From: Penicillus capitatus
Taxonomy: Eukaryota > Plantae > Chlorophyta
NCBI GenBank assembly: GCA_965649825.1
Contig: OZ287699.1
Location: forward strand, 620,001 to 684,000
Length of the DNA stretch: 64,000 bases
Direction of reading: 5' to 3'
Of the stretch, positions 26,267-35,548 are shown piece by piece. The notes under the pieces were generated by a model that was not told the DNA's origin, made no database searches, and was given only the letters and a program-made list of their open reading frames with translations. The position numbers were made by a program, and so were the translations under genes. Numbering within the stretch: position 1 is the first letter of the stretch; each line of letters opens with the position of its first letter.

Positions 26267-28987
26267 ATCGCTTCCCTGCGCTTTACTCCGGCAGAAAAAA
26301 CGACGCAAGTGATCTCTATGGGCCAAAAAAGGCTTCCTTGATGAAGGCGAGACAAGATAATACAACTGAGGAGAAAATCGCCTCTGAACGATATAAGGTC
26401 CTTGCCACTGAGGTGCTAGTTTATTGCCATGCGTGTGGGCAAGCTGATTGTCAAACAACAGCACCTGTTGTCCCACTGCAAAATCACCAGATCTGCGATG
26501 TAAAGAATCTTGTTTGTTTTGCTGATGCTGCAATTGTGTATCGATAGCTGTCCAACGAGTCGCGAGAATATCTTCATGGCGCGTCGCATTAGGATCTTCA
26601 GAACTCGGAACCGAGACGGATGGTGATTGAACTGAATGTAGGCGTGGTTGGTAGCCAAAGGCCACCTGTACGGCACTGAGATGGGTTACGGAGTTCGGAT
26701 GAGAGTTCAGCAATGCTTGGATCCGTGGGAGGCAGGCTGCCCATTTTCCACTTGTTTGAAGACGCTGCAAGCGTCGGATGATCTCCTGATTAAGGCGTTC
26801 AACCGTTCCATTGCACTGAGGTCGGTATGCAGGGATTGTTCGTCGATTGATGCCGCGATCTGACATCCAATTGGATAGTTGATTTCCAACAAAGGCCGGT
26901 GCGTTATCTGTCTGCAGGCAATCAGGATTGCCAAAGAGTGATGTCCAGCGCTCGAGAAGCTTGATAATTGCCGCCGCGTTTGCCTTGGGCGACGCAGAAA
27001 TCAGACAGAAACGTGTGCAAAGGTCCACTGCTGCGATAATAAATCTCTGTGCTCCGTCTGGCTTCATTGGTCCAATGACATCCAAACCTACGCACTGGTT
27101 CATCTGCTGCCAGGTATTGAATGATTGCGTGACAGGAGGGTCATGTCGCGCAAAATGTTGACATCTTTCGCAACTTCGCACCCAATCTTGCACATGTGAT
27201 GGTGCGTCCGGGAAGTAGATCATCTTCTGCAGGTTCTGGAGGGTGGTTTGGACTCCATAATGTCCGCTCTGCTCATGTGCTCTGCGCAACCACTGAATGA
27301 TTTCACTCCTATCGAGGCAGCACGGTCGCCAATGTATTCCATCGGCAGAGTATTCCATCTTGTTTGCCCGCAGACGAAAAGAACTGCTCCGATGCTTGAT
27401 ACGCGCTCTCTGTTGCGGTGTCGCTTCTTCGAGACATCTCCCAGTTCTCAGATAATCTTCCATTTGCAGATACCATTCCGGCCATTCTTTACTGATCTTG
27501 GCTGCCACCACCTTCGATTCTTCTGCTTTCGAATCCTTTAGCTCTCTCCTCCACCACGGACTCCTGCTGAGTAAGTCGGCCACGATGTTGGCCACTCCGT
27601 CGACGTGCTGCACTCTGCCTGCAGCCAGATTTAGCACGTCCAAATGCTTCTGCACCAAAAAGCTCTGGTCTTTGGTGCCGCTGGCCTGCTTGACAACAGT
27701 CGCGTCTGTAAAGATTGTCAACCGCCTGCCCATGATTAGATGTCTCACTTCCTTCAATGCCCTTTCCATCCCGAGCAGCTCTGCCTTTCCACTTGAATGA
27801 AACTTTTCTCTCTGAAAGCCTCCAGCCCCGAGCCGCATCAATTGTTTCGTTTCTCTGCTGAAGAGAGCGTATCCGAATCCGTCTCTGCTCGCGTCGACGT
27901 AAAGATCGACAGAGATGCCGGATGCATCAGGTCGGTTGTACCACAAGCGGCTCATTGTCTTGATGATAATACTCCAACGATCAGGATCTTCTTGCCAGTA
28001 GTTTCCGATCGTCACTGCGTCAGCGTTGCACAATTTCTGCAAAGCTGCCAGACTTCTGACGTCGCATCGACAGTAGCGCAGTAATGCTCGAATCACCCCC
28101 AGACAAGAACGAACTTCAGTCCGAGTCTGTGGAGGTCTTGCCGAGAGCAGCTTCTGCAACGTCCCCTCGGGTGGGAGAACTCCCTGTGGCGAGAATCTGT
28201 GTCCCAGAAATTCGATCTCCTCGACATCATACAAGCATTTCTTAGGGGATATCGTCCATCCGTACTTCCTGTAAGTCAGCAGCAGACCGTACACTGCCTT
28301 TCCCAAATCTTGCCTGGTACGTGCCCCAATGCAGACATCATCAGCATAACTCTCGATGGCAACGTGAACGCCATTTCTCTTCATCTGGTCACGGGCTTCT
28401 GAAATCGTCATCTGAACTGCAGTATCAAAAAAAGCCATTGAATTGATCCACCCCATTGGCAATCTTGCAAACGAATAGGGTTGTTTGTCAAATACAGTCA
28501 CGAAATAAGGCTGTAAATCAACAGCCAACGGGATTTGATAAAACCCGTGTCGAAAATCAAATTTTGCAAAGTACTTCATACCGGACAGATTCTGCACCGC
28601 GCCTTCTCGATTCATTGGCAAAGCAGGGCTTCTCGCAGTCAGCTTGTTCATGCCTCTAAAATCAAGGACCACTCGACGCTCGAGCGAATCCTTCTTCTCG
28701 ACCGAAAACCATGGGATAAGATGCTTCGGTTTCCCATTGAATCTCTTGACAATCCCGGCATTTATGAGCTGATCGATCTCTCTCCGGCAAGCCGCAGTCT
28801 CGGCAGCAAAAACGTAAGGGATCTTCGTGTAGACGGAGTGAAGCTTCCCTCTGACGTCCTTCAAACTGACCTCCCATCCCGAAAAACGTCCAACTCCATC
28901 ACGGATGACGTCCGGGAATCGTGCCAGTAGCTGTTCTAGGCTGCAGCAGTCAATTGGATCATTCTGCGACAGTAGTCCTGACTGCAA
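26240..28987 (-). CDS. pol: Outer element Pol (RT-RNase H-integrase) in the -1 frame relative to gag-pro
   Basis: AKFDFRHGFYQI, RLPMGWINS, YADD, LYVDASRDGFG, H-H..CERC zinc finger, GLDVIGP, DNAPAF, NGTVERLN, WQGPY; frame open from the TGA at 29129-29131. Confidence 0.95.
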   Translation of the reverse strand: MQSGLLSQNDPIDCCSLEQLLARFPDVIRDGVGRFSGWEVSLKDVRGKLHSVYTKIPYVFAAETAACRREIDQLINAGIVKRFNGKPKHLIPWFSVEKKDSLERRVVLDFRGMNKLTARSPALPMNREGAVQNLSGMKYFAKFDFRHGFYQIPLAVDLQPYFVTVFDKQPYSFARLPMGWINSMAFFDTAVQMTISEARDQMKRNGVHVAIESYADDVCIGARTRQDLGKAVYGLLLTYRKYGWTISPKKCLYDVEEIEFLGHRFSPQGVLPPEGTLQKLLSARPPQTRTEVRSCLGVIRALLRYCRCDVRSLAALQKLCNADAVTIGNYWQEDPDRWSIIIKTMSRLWYNRPDASGISVDLYVDASRDGFGYALFSRETKQLMRLGAGGFQREKFHSSGKAELLGMERALKEVRHLIMGRRLTIFTDATVVKQASGTKDQSFLVQKHLDVLNLAAGRVQHVDGVANIVADLLSRSPWWRRELKDSKAEESKVVAAKISKEWPEWYLQMEDYLRTGRCLEEATPQQRARIKHRSSSFRLRANKMEYSADGIHWRPCCLDRSEIIQWLRRAHEQSGHYGVQTTLQNLQKMIYFPDAPSHVQDWVRSCERCQHFARHDPPVTQSFNTWQQMNQCVGLDVIGPMKPDGAQRFIIAAVDLCTRFCLISASPKANAAAIIKLLERWTSLFGNPDCLQTDNAPAFVGNQLSNWMSDRGINRRTIPAYRPQCNGTVERLNQEIIRRLQRLQTSGKWAACLPRIQALLNSHPNSVTHLSAVQVAFGYQPRLHSVQSPSVSVPSSEDPNATRHEDILATRWTAIDTQLQHQQNKQDSLHRRSGDFAVGQQVLLFDNQLAHTHGNKLAPQWQGPYIVQRRFSPQLYYLVSPSSRKPFLAHRDHLRRFFCRSKAQGSDCQAEDPVI
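26269..26281 (-). other. Polypurine tract of outer element, GCGCAGGGAAGCG
   Basis: 2 nt before the 3' LTR; identical to inner PPT. Confidence 0.85.
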
Positions 28988-28989
28988 GT

Positions 28990-30750
28990 CTACTGTCGCC
29001 TCGGAAAAGATCGTCGATTGCCTCTCAGCTGATGCTTCTTCCCGTTGCAGTCGCTGACCACGTAGTCTACCCCAGTCGGGGCCGGTGCCTCGAAGATTGT
29101 TGTTTTTCCGGTTATGCGGACTGGTTCTTCACGATGATTCGTTAGTGTGAGCGTCGAGAAATCCGCGTACTGAACTCCGAGGTGTACAGAGAAGCTGGGT
29201 GCCACGATCGGCGTTCTCTTGTGTACTAGCGATTTCGGAATGACGATCGGAGTCTTCATCATCTTGCTCTCTTTCGGGCCGAGCACGACTGATCTGTTGA
29301 GTGGCACTTGCATCCTATCACCCTTCAGCCCTGGCAGGTGATCCACCTTTTCTGTGAAGCGAGCAAGTTCCTCAGGCAGTATGGCGTTAGCTGCGTCTTT
29401 ATCCATCTTCGGTCCCGCGAACAAGCAGTCGATCTTTCTTCCTCTGATGCTCACCGAACGACTGTGAGGATGAGCCGAGATCTGATTGTCAGCCATCGTG
29501 TCGAGTCCTAACAGAAGATCATAGCCTGGGTTCGGTAGGACGAGACAGCTCATTTTGAATCTCTGGCAATGAGCCTTTTCCAATGACACTTCGATCTCAC
29601 ACTTTCCAGCAACCTTTGTTGCCTGTCCATGGGCAAGCATCAACCTTGTGCTGTCACTTACGATCCGTGCTCCAAGCTCTTTTGCCAGTGCCAAGGATAT
29701 AATAGAAGACTCTGCCCCCGTGTCGACAAGCGCATCGACCTTTCTTGGGTAGCCCAAGTGACTCTGAGACACTAGGCCCAGTTTCAGTACTCTCCTCCGA
29801 GGCTTGGCTGCCATAGCCTTGGCAGTCTTTGCGTGCAGAGTGTTGGCTTCAGATGACAATCCTCCATCTTCACTCAAGGTCTCCCAGATCTCTTCGTTCT
29901 CAGCCATCTCGCAGGGTGAGTTCTCTGCTACAAAAGCACGTCTGCCTCCGCCTCTTCTCTGGGCAAACTGAGGTCTTCTTTGAATCGTGTCGGCACTGCA
30001 AATCCTCTGAAGAAACCTGAGCATATTCATTGCCTCTCGTCTGGACGTCTTGCATATCTCTCGTGCACCGACCATCAGCCTACCTGCATTAGTGACGGCG
30101 CTGAAATTGATCTTCCCATCACTTCCAACAACTCGTCCATCGGTGGCCACGTTCGCTTGCTCTGTCGCCAGGTCGATATCCATAGCGTCTTCGACAGATT
30201 CGTCCTTCAGTAGCGCGCCAGACTCCCAAAAACTGGCGTTTCTGAGCACTGCAGACATGTCGGCGACCGTCGATTGAGGTGAAAGATGAATGATCAGCTT
30301 CTTCAGATTGGCGGGGAGCTTCTTGAAAAGCGTTTTTACTTGTGTTTCTCTGGACGCCCCATTGGTCCTGCAGGTGGTACAGTAGCGGTCGACGAAATTG
30401 ATCCATGTCTCTCCTTTCGCTTTCGACATCGATGCGAGCTGCTCTTCCGACGATAGTGCCGACTGCGGGCATGATCCGAGAATGAGTTCCTTAAGGATGC
30501 GCCATTTCTGTTCGGTCTCTATCCTGTTGACGGCGGCGCCGAAGAACTGATGCACCGAGGCAGCGTTTCCAGTAAAGGCCGCGTTGAAGGCAGCGGTTGA
30601 GACAAAATGGGGTTCGATCTTGTCGGTTACTTGGCGCAGCAGCTCAAACGCAGGAGAACCGCACTGAAGGCTTTTAACCACCCTCCGTATGCGTGGTCGA
30701 TAATCATCTTCGATGAGCGCGGCAGCGCTGAGGATTGACGCGAATGCTTC
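28990..30750 (-). CDS. gag: Outer element Gag-protease, interrupted by the nested element; N-terminal codons at 35574-35522
   Basis: Retrotransposon Gag-like region, DAMDID, aspartic protease LVDTGA; removing the insert and one TSD copy gives MGSQLVSERLTSKLDREAFASIL... Confidence 0.9.
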   Translation of the reverse strand, partial: EAFASILSAAALIEDDYRPRIRRVVKSLQCGSPAFELLRQVTDKIEPHFVSTAAFNAAFTGNAASVHQFFGAAVNRIETEQKWRILKELILGSCPQSALSSEEQLASMSKAKGETWINFVDRYCTTCRTNGASRETQVKTLFKKLPANLKKLIIHLSPQSTVADMSAVLRNASFWESGALLKDESVEDAMDIDLATEQANVATDGRVVGSDGKINFSAVTNAGRLMVGAREICKTSRREAMNMLRFLQRICSADTIQRRPQFAQRRGGGRRAFVAENSPCEMAENEEIWETLSEDGGLSSEANTLHAKTAKAMAAKPRRRVLKLGLVSQSHLGYPRKVDALVDTGAESSIISLALAKELGARIVSDSTRLMLAHGQATKVAGKCEIEVSLEKAHCQRFKMSCLVLPNPGYDLLLGLDTMADNQISAHPHSRSVSIRGRKIDCLFAGPKMDKDAANAILPEELARFTEKVDHLPGLKGDRMQVPLNRSVVLGPKESKMMKTPIVIPKSLVHKRTPIVAPSFSVHLGVQYADFSTLTLTNHREEPVRITGKTTIFEAPAPTGVDYVVSDCNGKKHQLRGNRRSFPRRQ

Positions 30751-30901
30751 TGTGCTATTTTCACTGCGAACGCGAAAATCGCGGCGAAACACAAAACCCT
30801 ATCGAAACTTTTTTAAAAGGGACGCTCTGTCGTTTTTCGCGACAATTTATCTTCTATCATTATGTCCCATCCGTCTCTGTCGCGAGCGTCTGTCGCTCAC
30901 A
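30751..30901 (-). repeat. 3' LTR of inner element
   Basis: Identical to 35371-35521. Confidence 0.97.
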
Positions 30902-33900
30902 CGCTTCCCTGCGCCAATACTTCACTAAGTCGTCGCCATGCACTACTTGGCTTCTTCCATTCTTAGAAACCAAGTATCGTCGGGAGGAGAGGCGAGCGGT
31001 GATGACGTGCGGACCGCTCCACCAGGGATCCAGTTTGCGACGTCCCTTGTGAAGGTAAATCAACACCTCGGATCCGATCTCTAACGGCATCTGGCGCCTC
31101 CCTTGTCGACGGCTATTTCGATATGCCCTCTGTTGTCGCGTACGAACCACAGCTTGTTGTCGGGCTTTATCCAATGCCATACCCGGATCCCCTTCCGACT
31201 GTCCCAATCCGAACATAAGCTCTTTCGGCCTATATCCAGTCACGGAATGTTTTGTAGTGTTGTATATACCCACAGCTTCGGAAATCGAACGGCGCCAGGG
31301 CGAGTCGCTCGTGCTCATCATTCTCCTTATCCTACGTAGAATGGTCTGGATCGCACGTTCCACTAGTCCGTTCGAAGCTTGGTGATGAGGGGCGGCCATC
31401 ACATGTCGAATCTGATTTCTGCCACAGAAATTATTGAATTCGCTCGAACGCAGCGCGGCTCCAGCATCTGATATGATCGTTTCCGGAGTCGAATGTCGAT
31501 TGATCCAATGTCGAACGAGCTTCATCACGGATCGGATGCTAGTGTCCGGCACATTCACTGTTTCTACGAAACGGGTTAATCCGTCAATCGCCACCCCGAC
31601 GTATCCTCCAGCGCTTCGGCTTTGTGCCGGGAACGGTCCCATAAAATCGATCCCCACGACTTGAGCGGGGCGAATGGCTTCAACGGAACCAAATGACTCC
31701 TGTGGGACTCGCTTCTGCCACTTCTGGCAAGCATCACAAGACTTGAGAATAGTCCTAATGTCCTTGAACATTCCCTTGTATGACTTCCCTCGCCGGCGAA
31801 GCTCATCCGCGACTGCGGCGGGTCCTACATGGCCTCGGTTGTGTACGTCCTCAATGAACCTTCTGCGCTCTAGTGTCAATGTCGGTATCTTTTCCGTCGG
31901 GACCTCGGGGGAATCGATCGCGTGTATCCTTCGTTGGAGATAGGTGGATCGTGACAGAAGGTCCGCAGCAGTGTTCTCAACGCCTGGGATGAACTTGACA
32001 CTCGGGTTAAACTGCAAAATCTGATCCAGTCTGCGGAGGACAATCGGGCTGCAATTGTCAGGAGACATGGCGCGAAAGGCTGCCCAGTTGTCGGTGTATA
32101 CCTCGACGGGGCAGTGTGCGATGTAGCCCTCAAACGCACGGAGGGCTAGCAAGATAGCGTCGATTTCTGCCTCGCTGGAATGTGCCCAAGTCTTTGACGA
32201 AGACTTGCTGAACATCGCCACAGGTTTGTCATCCGATAAAAGAACAGCCCCATACCCCGTTGAGCTAGCATCAGAAATCACGGTCCACTTCCCATTCTTT
32301 TGGGGGAAGCTAAGCACATGCCACTCAGTCTGGGTCCTCTCTATTACTTCATTCCACACTTTGCGAAACTCTTCTGTTCTGAAGGCATCCGGAGGCTTTC
32401 CTTGATACTGTCGCAGCGGGGCGACGATGGCATGCTGATGACCTTGGAATCTGACCAGTTGGTTCAACAGACCAAACACGACCCGCAACTCTTTTGTATT
32501 GTTCGGTATACAGAGGTCTGAGAGCTTTTTAATGAGGCCCGAGGATGGTCGGATGCCGTCGCGCCCGATCTCAATCCCGAGGAACTCGACAGCCGGACGT
32601 TTTAAACGGATTTTCTGCGGGTTGCAACACCATCCGTGAGCCGATAAGGCCTGAAAAATCACCCCCAACGCAGTATCATGAGATTCCTCGGTCTGGGTAC
32701 CCAGTAATATGTCGTCAACATAGGCTCGAATCACTGCATCCGGAGGCAACTTTGGAGCTATTTCGGCCATCGTCATGTTGAGAGCCGTCGTAAAATGCGT
32801 CCCCGAATGAATCCAACCGAACGGTACTCGCTTAAATCTGTACCATTGACCTTGCAGCTCGAAACCGAAATACTGTCGAATTGACTCATCGAGAGGTATC
32901 TGCATATATCCCTTCGCCAGGTCAATTGTACTCCAAACCCCTCGTTCAGGTATTGATTCGATTGTCTTCATTCTGTCTAAAGCGTTGGCTTGTAGTGCGA
33001 GCGAAGCTGCATTCAATAGACGAAAATCATGGACCAAACGGGACTTCCCGTTTGGGGACGTCACTATGATCATCGGGGTGACAACTGTTGGCCGGGTCTT
33101 GACCGTCTCGATAACGTCTAGGTCAAGGAGATCTCTTACCATCGGTCGCATTTTGTCACACTCTGCTTGCGAATGAAATCTCAGCTTAAGTCGGCTCCAA
33201 TCGACATTTTCGCGCAATCCTGCATCTGTGACTGCATAGTGGGTCGTCAATCCGACGCCGTCGCGAAGCACCTCCGGAAACTTCTTCTGCAGCTCTTCCA
33301 TGACCGTACAGGTGGCAATAACCGCCCGCTTTGCTGGGCGATTGCGTTCAATGGGAACTATCTCTCCTGACACTCGGTGTAGGAACACTGACGTCTCTTG
33401 GGGGACTAGAAAGCCGACGGCTCCGTTCTTTGCTCCCAGTTGCTGGGGTTCGCTTGAAAGATTGATGAAATGAACTTTCAAAGGTACCCCTCGCTGTCTC
33501 GTGGCTCCGATGACGGCTATTCCGGCCGGCAGATTTCCGGAACCCGATAGGAGCACCTCTCCGTTCATGACACTATATGGCAACTGCACTGTCGTCATGT
33601 CCATCGGCTTGAGCACTAACGATCGGCCGAGGGGTAAGAAAACAGCGTTTTCCCGTCGGAATGGCTTTGCCGTCCTAGTCTCATCTTCCCGTATCACCAG
33701 ATCATTTTTGTCAGGTCGTCTTTGTCGATCTTCGGATTCCACGTCGACTTGACTCTTAACCGCAGAGCATGGAATAAGTTCCCCATTCTCAATGCGTAAT
33801 GCATCGGATACACAGTCAATGATGGCACCAAATGCAGTGAGAGTTGGTTTCCCAATCAAAGGCTGCGATGCTGAGGATGAGACTTCAAATTGCACCTTTC

Positions 33901-35371
33901 TAGTCTCACGGCCGATCGTAGTCCATAAGTCCGTCACACCCGATGTCCTCTCCACTTGACCATTGAAGGCTTGGAGAGACTTTGCTCCGGAGGGATCGAC
34001 GGGCCACCCTTGCTTTCGAACCAAGCGCAAAGGTATCACACTGCGAGCAGCGCCAGTATCGACCAGCATCCGCGTCTTCCTTTGAGTATCCCGGGTTTGA
34101 CCAAGATTGACGGTGAGATGCAAGAGTGGGAGCCCCTCTTCAACGGCAGAACTCTTCATCATCGCCGCATTAGTCGCCGTATGCGTCGAAGGCATGGTAT
34201 ACTCAGAACCACTCTTCTCCTTACAATCGCGTTTACGATGTCCGTATTTTCCGCATCTAAAACAATGTCCGTGAAACTGCTTTGCTTTGCCGGCAGTATC
34301 GTCCATCTTCTTCGTCATGTTCACAACTTCGCCCTCGCGTTCTTGATACGCTGGATCTTCGGGATCGACCAGATCTGCGTTGTACGGATCGACCACGGAA
34401 TCTTCCTCCTGTCCGATGTGCCCGATGTGATGCCTGTGACCTGATCTTGGTCTCTTCACATTACTCCACGTGTGGTATCGAGTTGCTAAAGCTTGTAGTT
34501 CTTCGAAATCGAGGAGATTGTAATCCGCGTTGTTCCTGAGGTAGCTTACGAACTCTGGTTCGAGCTTCGCCATCACCACATTCATGGCGCGCCTCATGCT
34601 CACTCCTTCACACTGTCCGAAATAGACGACTCTGCAACGGTTGACAAAGGCCAAGGCCGATTCGGTCTCCCCGCGGCGCAACTCAACCAAGTATTGCACG
34701 CGGTCTGGCACGTCCTCCACTCCCCCATGCAGACGCTCCAAGCGCGCGGCTACAGCCTTCCACATCTCCTCACCGCGCGATGCAACGTCAGCTCTTGCTC
34801 CCTTTGTGTTAGGAGGTAAGGGGCCACCTCCTGTATATGCCACACAGACCGAACGAATATCGGCGGTCACTGAGTCGCCAAATGGCGTCGTCTCATCGAA
34901 ATGCGCTGTCAAGGCTCTAACCCGTTGAAATGGGTCCACTATCTCAAATTCCAGCTTCGCGATAGTCTGCCGATGTGTTCGGACTGTCCATTCGCTCAAT
35001 CGTCGGTTCCTACCGACGCGGCGCTCTGAATCATAAGGCCATGGCTGCGATAGTGCAAGCGCGACTCCATCTTCACGATTACAGGTCGCCGGCTCGGAAG
35101 ATAAATCTTTCCGTCTCCATCTCCATATAACAAGCAGTGCGCCTCCGATGGAGAGGCTAGTCATAACCGTCAAAGCGCTAAACACCCAAAGCAGCCATTT
35201 TGCGTTCGCCCAACGAGACGACATAAATTCTTCGTCCTCATCGACCGGGCAGTAGTCTTCGTCGCCGCCTTTAGGACTATCGGCCGGCTCCCAGAGCCAA
35301 CCGACGAAGAGTCTCCCGAGGGTAGTGGCCACTAGAGTGGCCACTACAGTTACAACTCGCTCCGAAACCAT
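30860..35371 (-). CDS. Inner element single-ORF Gag-Pol polyprotein (1503 aa)
   Basis: N-terminal hydrophobic segments, CFRCGKYGHRKRDC knuckle, LVDTGA protease, YVDD RT, ISDASSTG RNase H, H..H..C..C, GIDFMGP, SNGLVER, WWSGPH integrase. Confidence 0.97.
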   Translation of the reverse strand: MVSERVVTVVATLVATTLGRLFVGWLWEPADSPKGGDEDYCPVDEDEEFMSSRWANAKWLLWVFSALTVMTSLSIGGALLVIWRWRRKDLSSEPATCNREDGVALALSQPWPYDSERRVGRNRRLSEWTVRTHRQTIAKLEFEIVDPFQRVRALTAHFDETTPFGDSVTADIRSVCVAYTGGGPLPPNTKGARADVASRGEEMWKAVAARLERLHGGVEDVPDRVQYLVELRRGETESALAFVNRCRVVYFGQCEGVSMRRAMNVVMAKLEPEFVSYLRNNADYNLLDFEELQALATRYHTWSNVKRPRSGHRHHIGHIGQEEDSVVDPYNADLVDPEDPAYQEREGEVVNMTKKMDDTAGKAKQFHGHCFRCGKYGHRKRDCKEKSGSEYTMPSTHTATNAAMMKSSAVEEGLPLLHLTVNLGQTRDTQRKTRMLVDTGAARSVIPLRLVRKQGWPVDPSGAKSLQAFNGQVERTSGVTDLWTTIGRETRKVQFEVSSSASQPLIGKPTLTAFGAIIDCVSDALRIENGELIPCSAVKSQVDVESEDRQRRPDKNDLVIREDETRTAKPFRRENAVFLPLGRSLVLKPMDMTTVQLPYSVMNGEVLLSGSGNLPAGIAVIGATRQRGVPLKVHFINLSSEPQQLGAKNGAVGFLVPQETSVFLHRVSGEIVPIERNRPAKRAVIATCTVMEELQKKFPEVLRDGVGLTTHYAVTDAGLRENVDWSRLKLRFHSQAECDKMRPMVRDLLDLDVIETVKTRPTVVTPMIIVTSPNGKSRLVHDFRLLNAASLALQANALDRMKTIESIPERGVWSTIDLAKGYMQIPLDESIRQYFGFELQGQWYRFKRVPFGWIHSGTHFTTALNMTMAEIAPKLPPDAVIRAYVDDILLGTQTEESHDTALGVIFQALSAHGWCCNPQKIRLKRPAVEFLGIEIGRDGIRPSSGLIKKLSDLCIPNNTKELRVVFGLLNQLVRFQGHQHAIVAPLRQYQGKPPDAFRTEEFRKVWNEVIERTQTEWHVLSFPQKNGKWTVISDASSTGYGAVLLSDDKPVAMFSKSSSKTWAHSSEAEIDAILLALRAFEGYIAHCPVEVYTDNWAAFRAMSPDNCSPIVLRRLDQILQFNPSVKFIPGVENTAADLLSRSTYLQRRIHAIDSPEVPTEKIPTLTLERRRFIEDVHNRGHVGPAAVADELRRRGKSYKGMFKDIRTILKSCDACQKWQKRVPQESFGSVEAIRPAQVVGIDFMGPFPAQSRSAGGYVGVAIDGLTRFVETVNVPDTSIRSVMKLVRHWINRHSTPETIISDAGAALRSSEFNNFCGRNQIRHVMAAPHHQASNGLVERAIQTILRRIRRMMSTSDSPWRRSISEAVGIYNTTKHSVTGYRPKELMFGLGQSEGDPGMALDKARQQAVVRTRQQRAYRNSRRQGRRQMPLEIGSEVLIYLHKGRRKLDPWWSGPHVITARLSSRRYLVSKNGRSQVVHGDDLVKYWRREACERQTLATETDGT
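35358..35370 (-). other. Primer-binding site of inner element, TGGTTTCGGAGCG
   Basis: Directly follows the 5' LTR and begins TGG (complement of tRNA CCA). Confidence 0.9.
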
Positions 35372-35521
35372 GTGCTATTTTCACTGCGAACGCGAAAATC
35401 GCGGCGAAACACAAAACCCTATCGAAACTTTTTTAAAAGGGACGCTCTGTCGTTTTTCGCGACAATTTATCTTCTATCATTATGTCCCATCCGTCTCTGT
35501 CGCGAGCGTCTGTCGCTCACA
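35371..35521 (-). repeat. 5' LTR of inner element
   Basis: Identical to 30751-30901. Confidence 0.97.
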
Positions 35522-35548
35522 GCTTCCCTGTCTAGTTTCGAGGTGAGA

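Larger units (their letters stand above)
30751..35521 (-). mobile_element. Inner (nested) Ty3/gypsy LTR retrotransposon, 4771 bp, intact
   Basis: Identical 151-bp TGTG...CACA LTRs (30751-30901, 35371-35521); 5-bp TSD GCTTC (30746-30750, 35522-35526); PBS 35358-35370; PPT 30902-30914. Confidence 0.97.

Noticed and set aside
26240-31000. Chromodomain or env ORF in the retrotransposons
   Set aside because: Both integrases end shortly after the GPY/F motif inside the 3' LTR; no room or motif for either.
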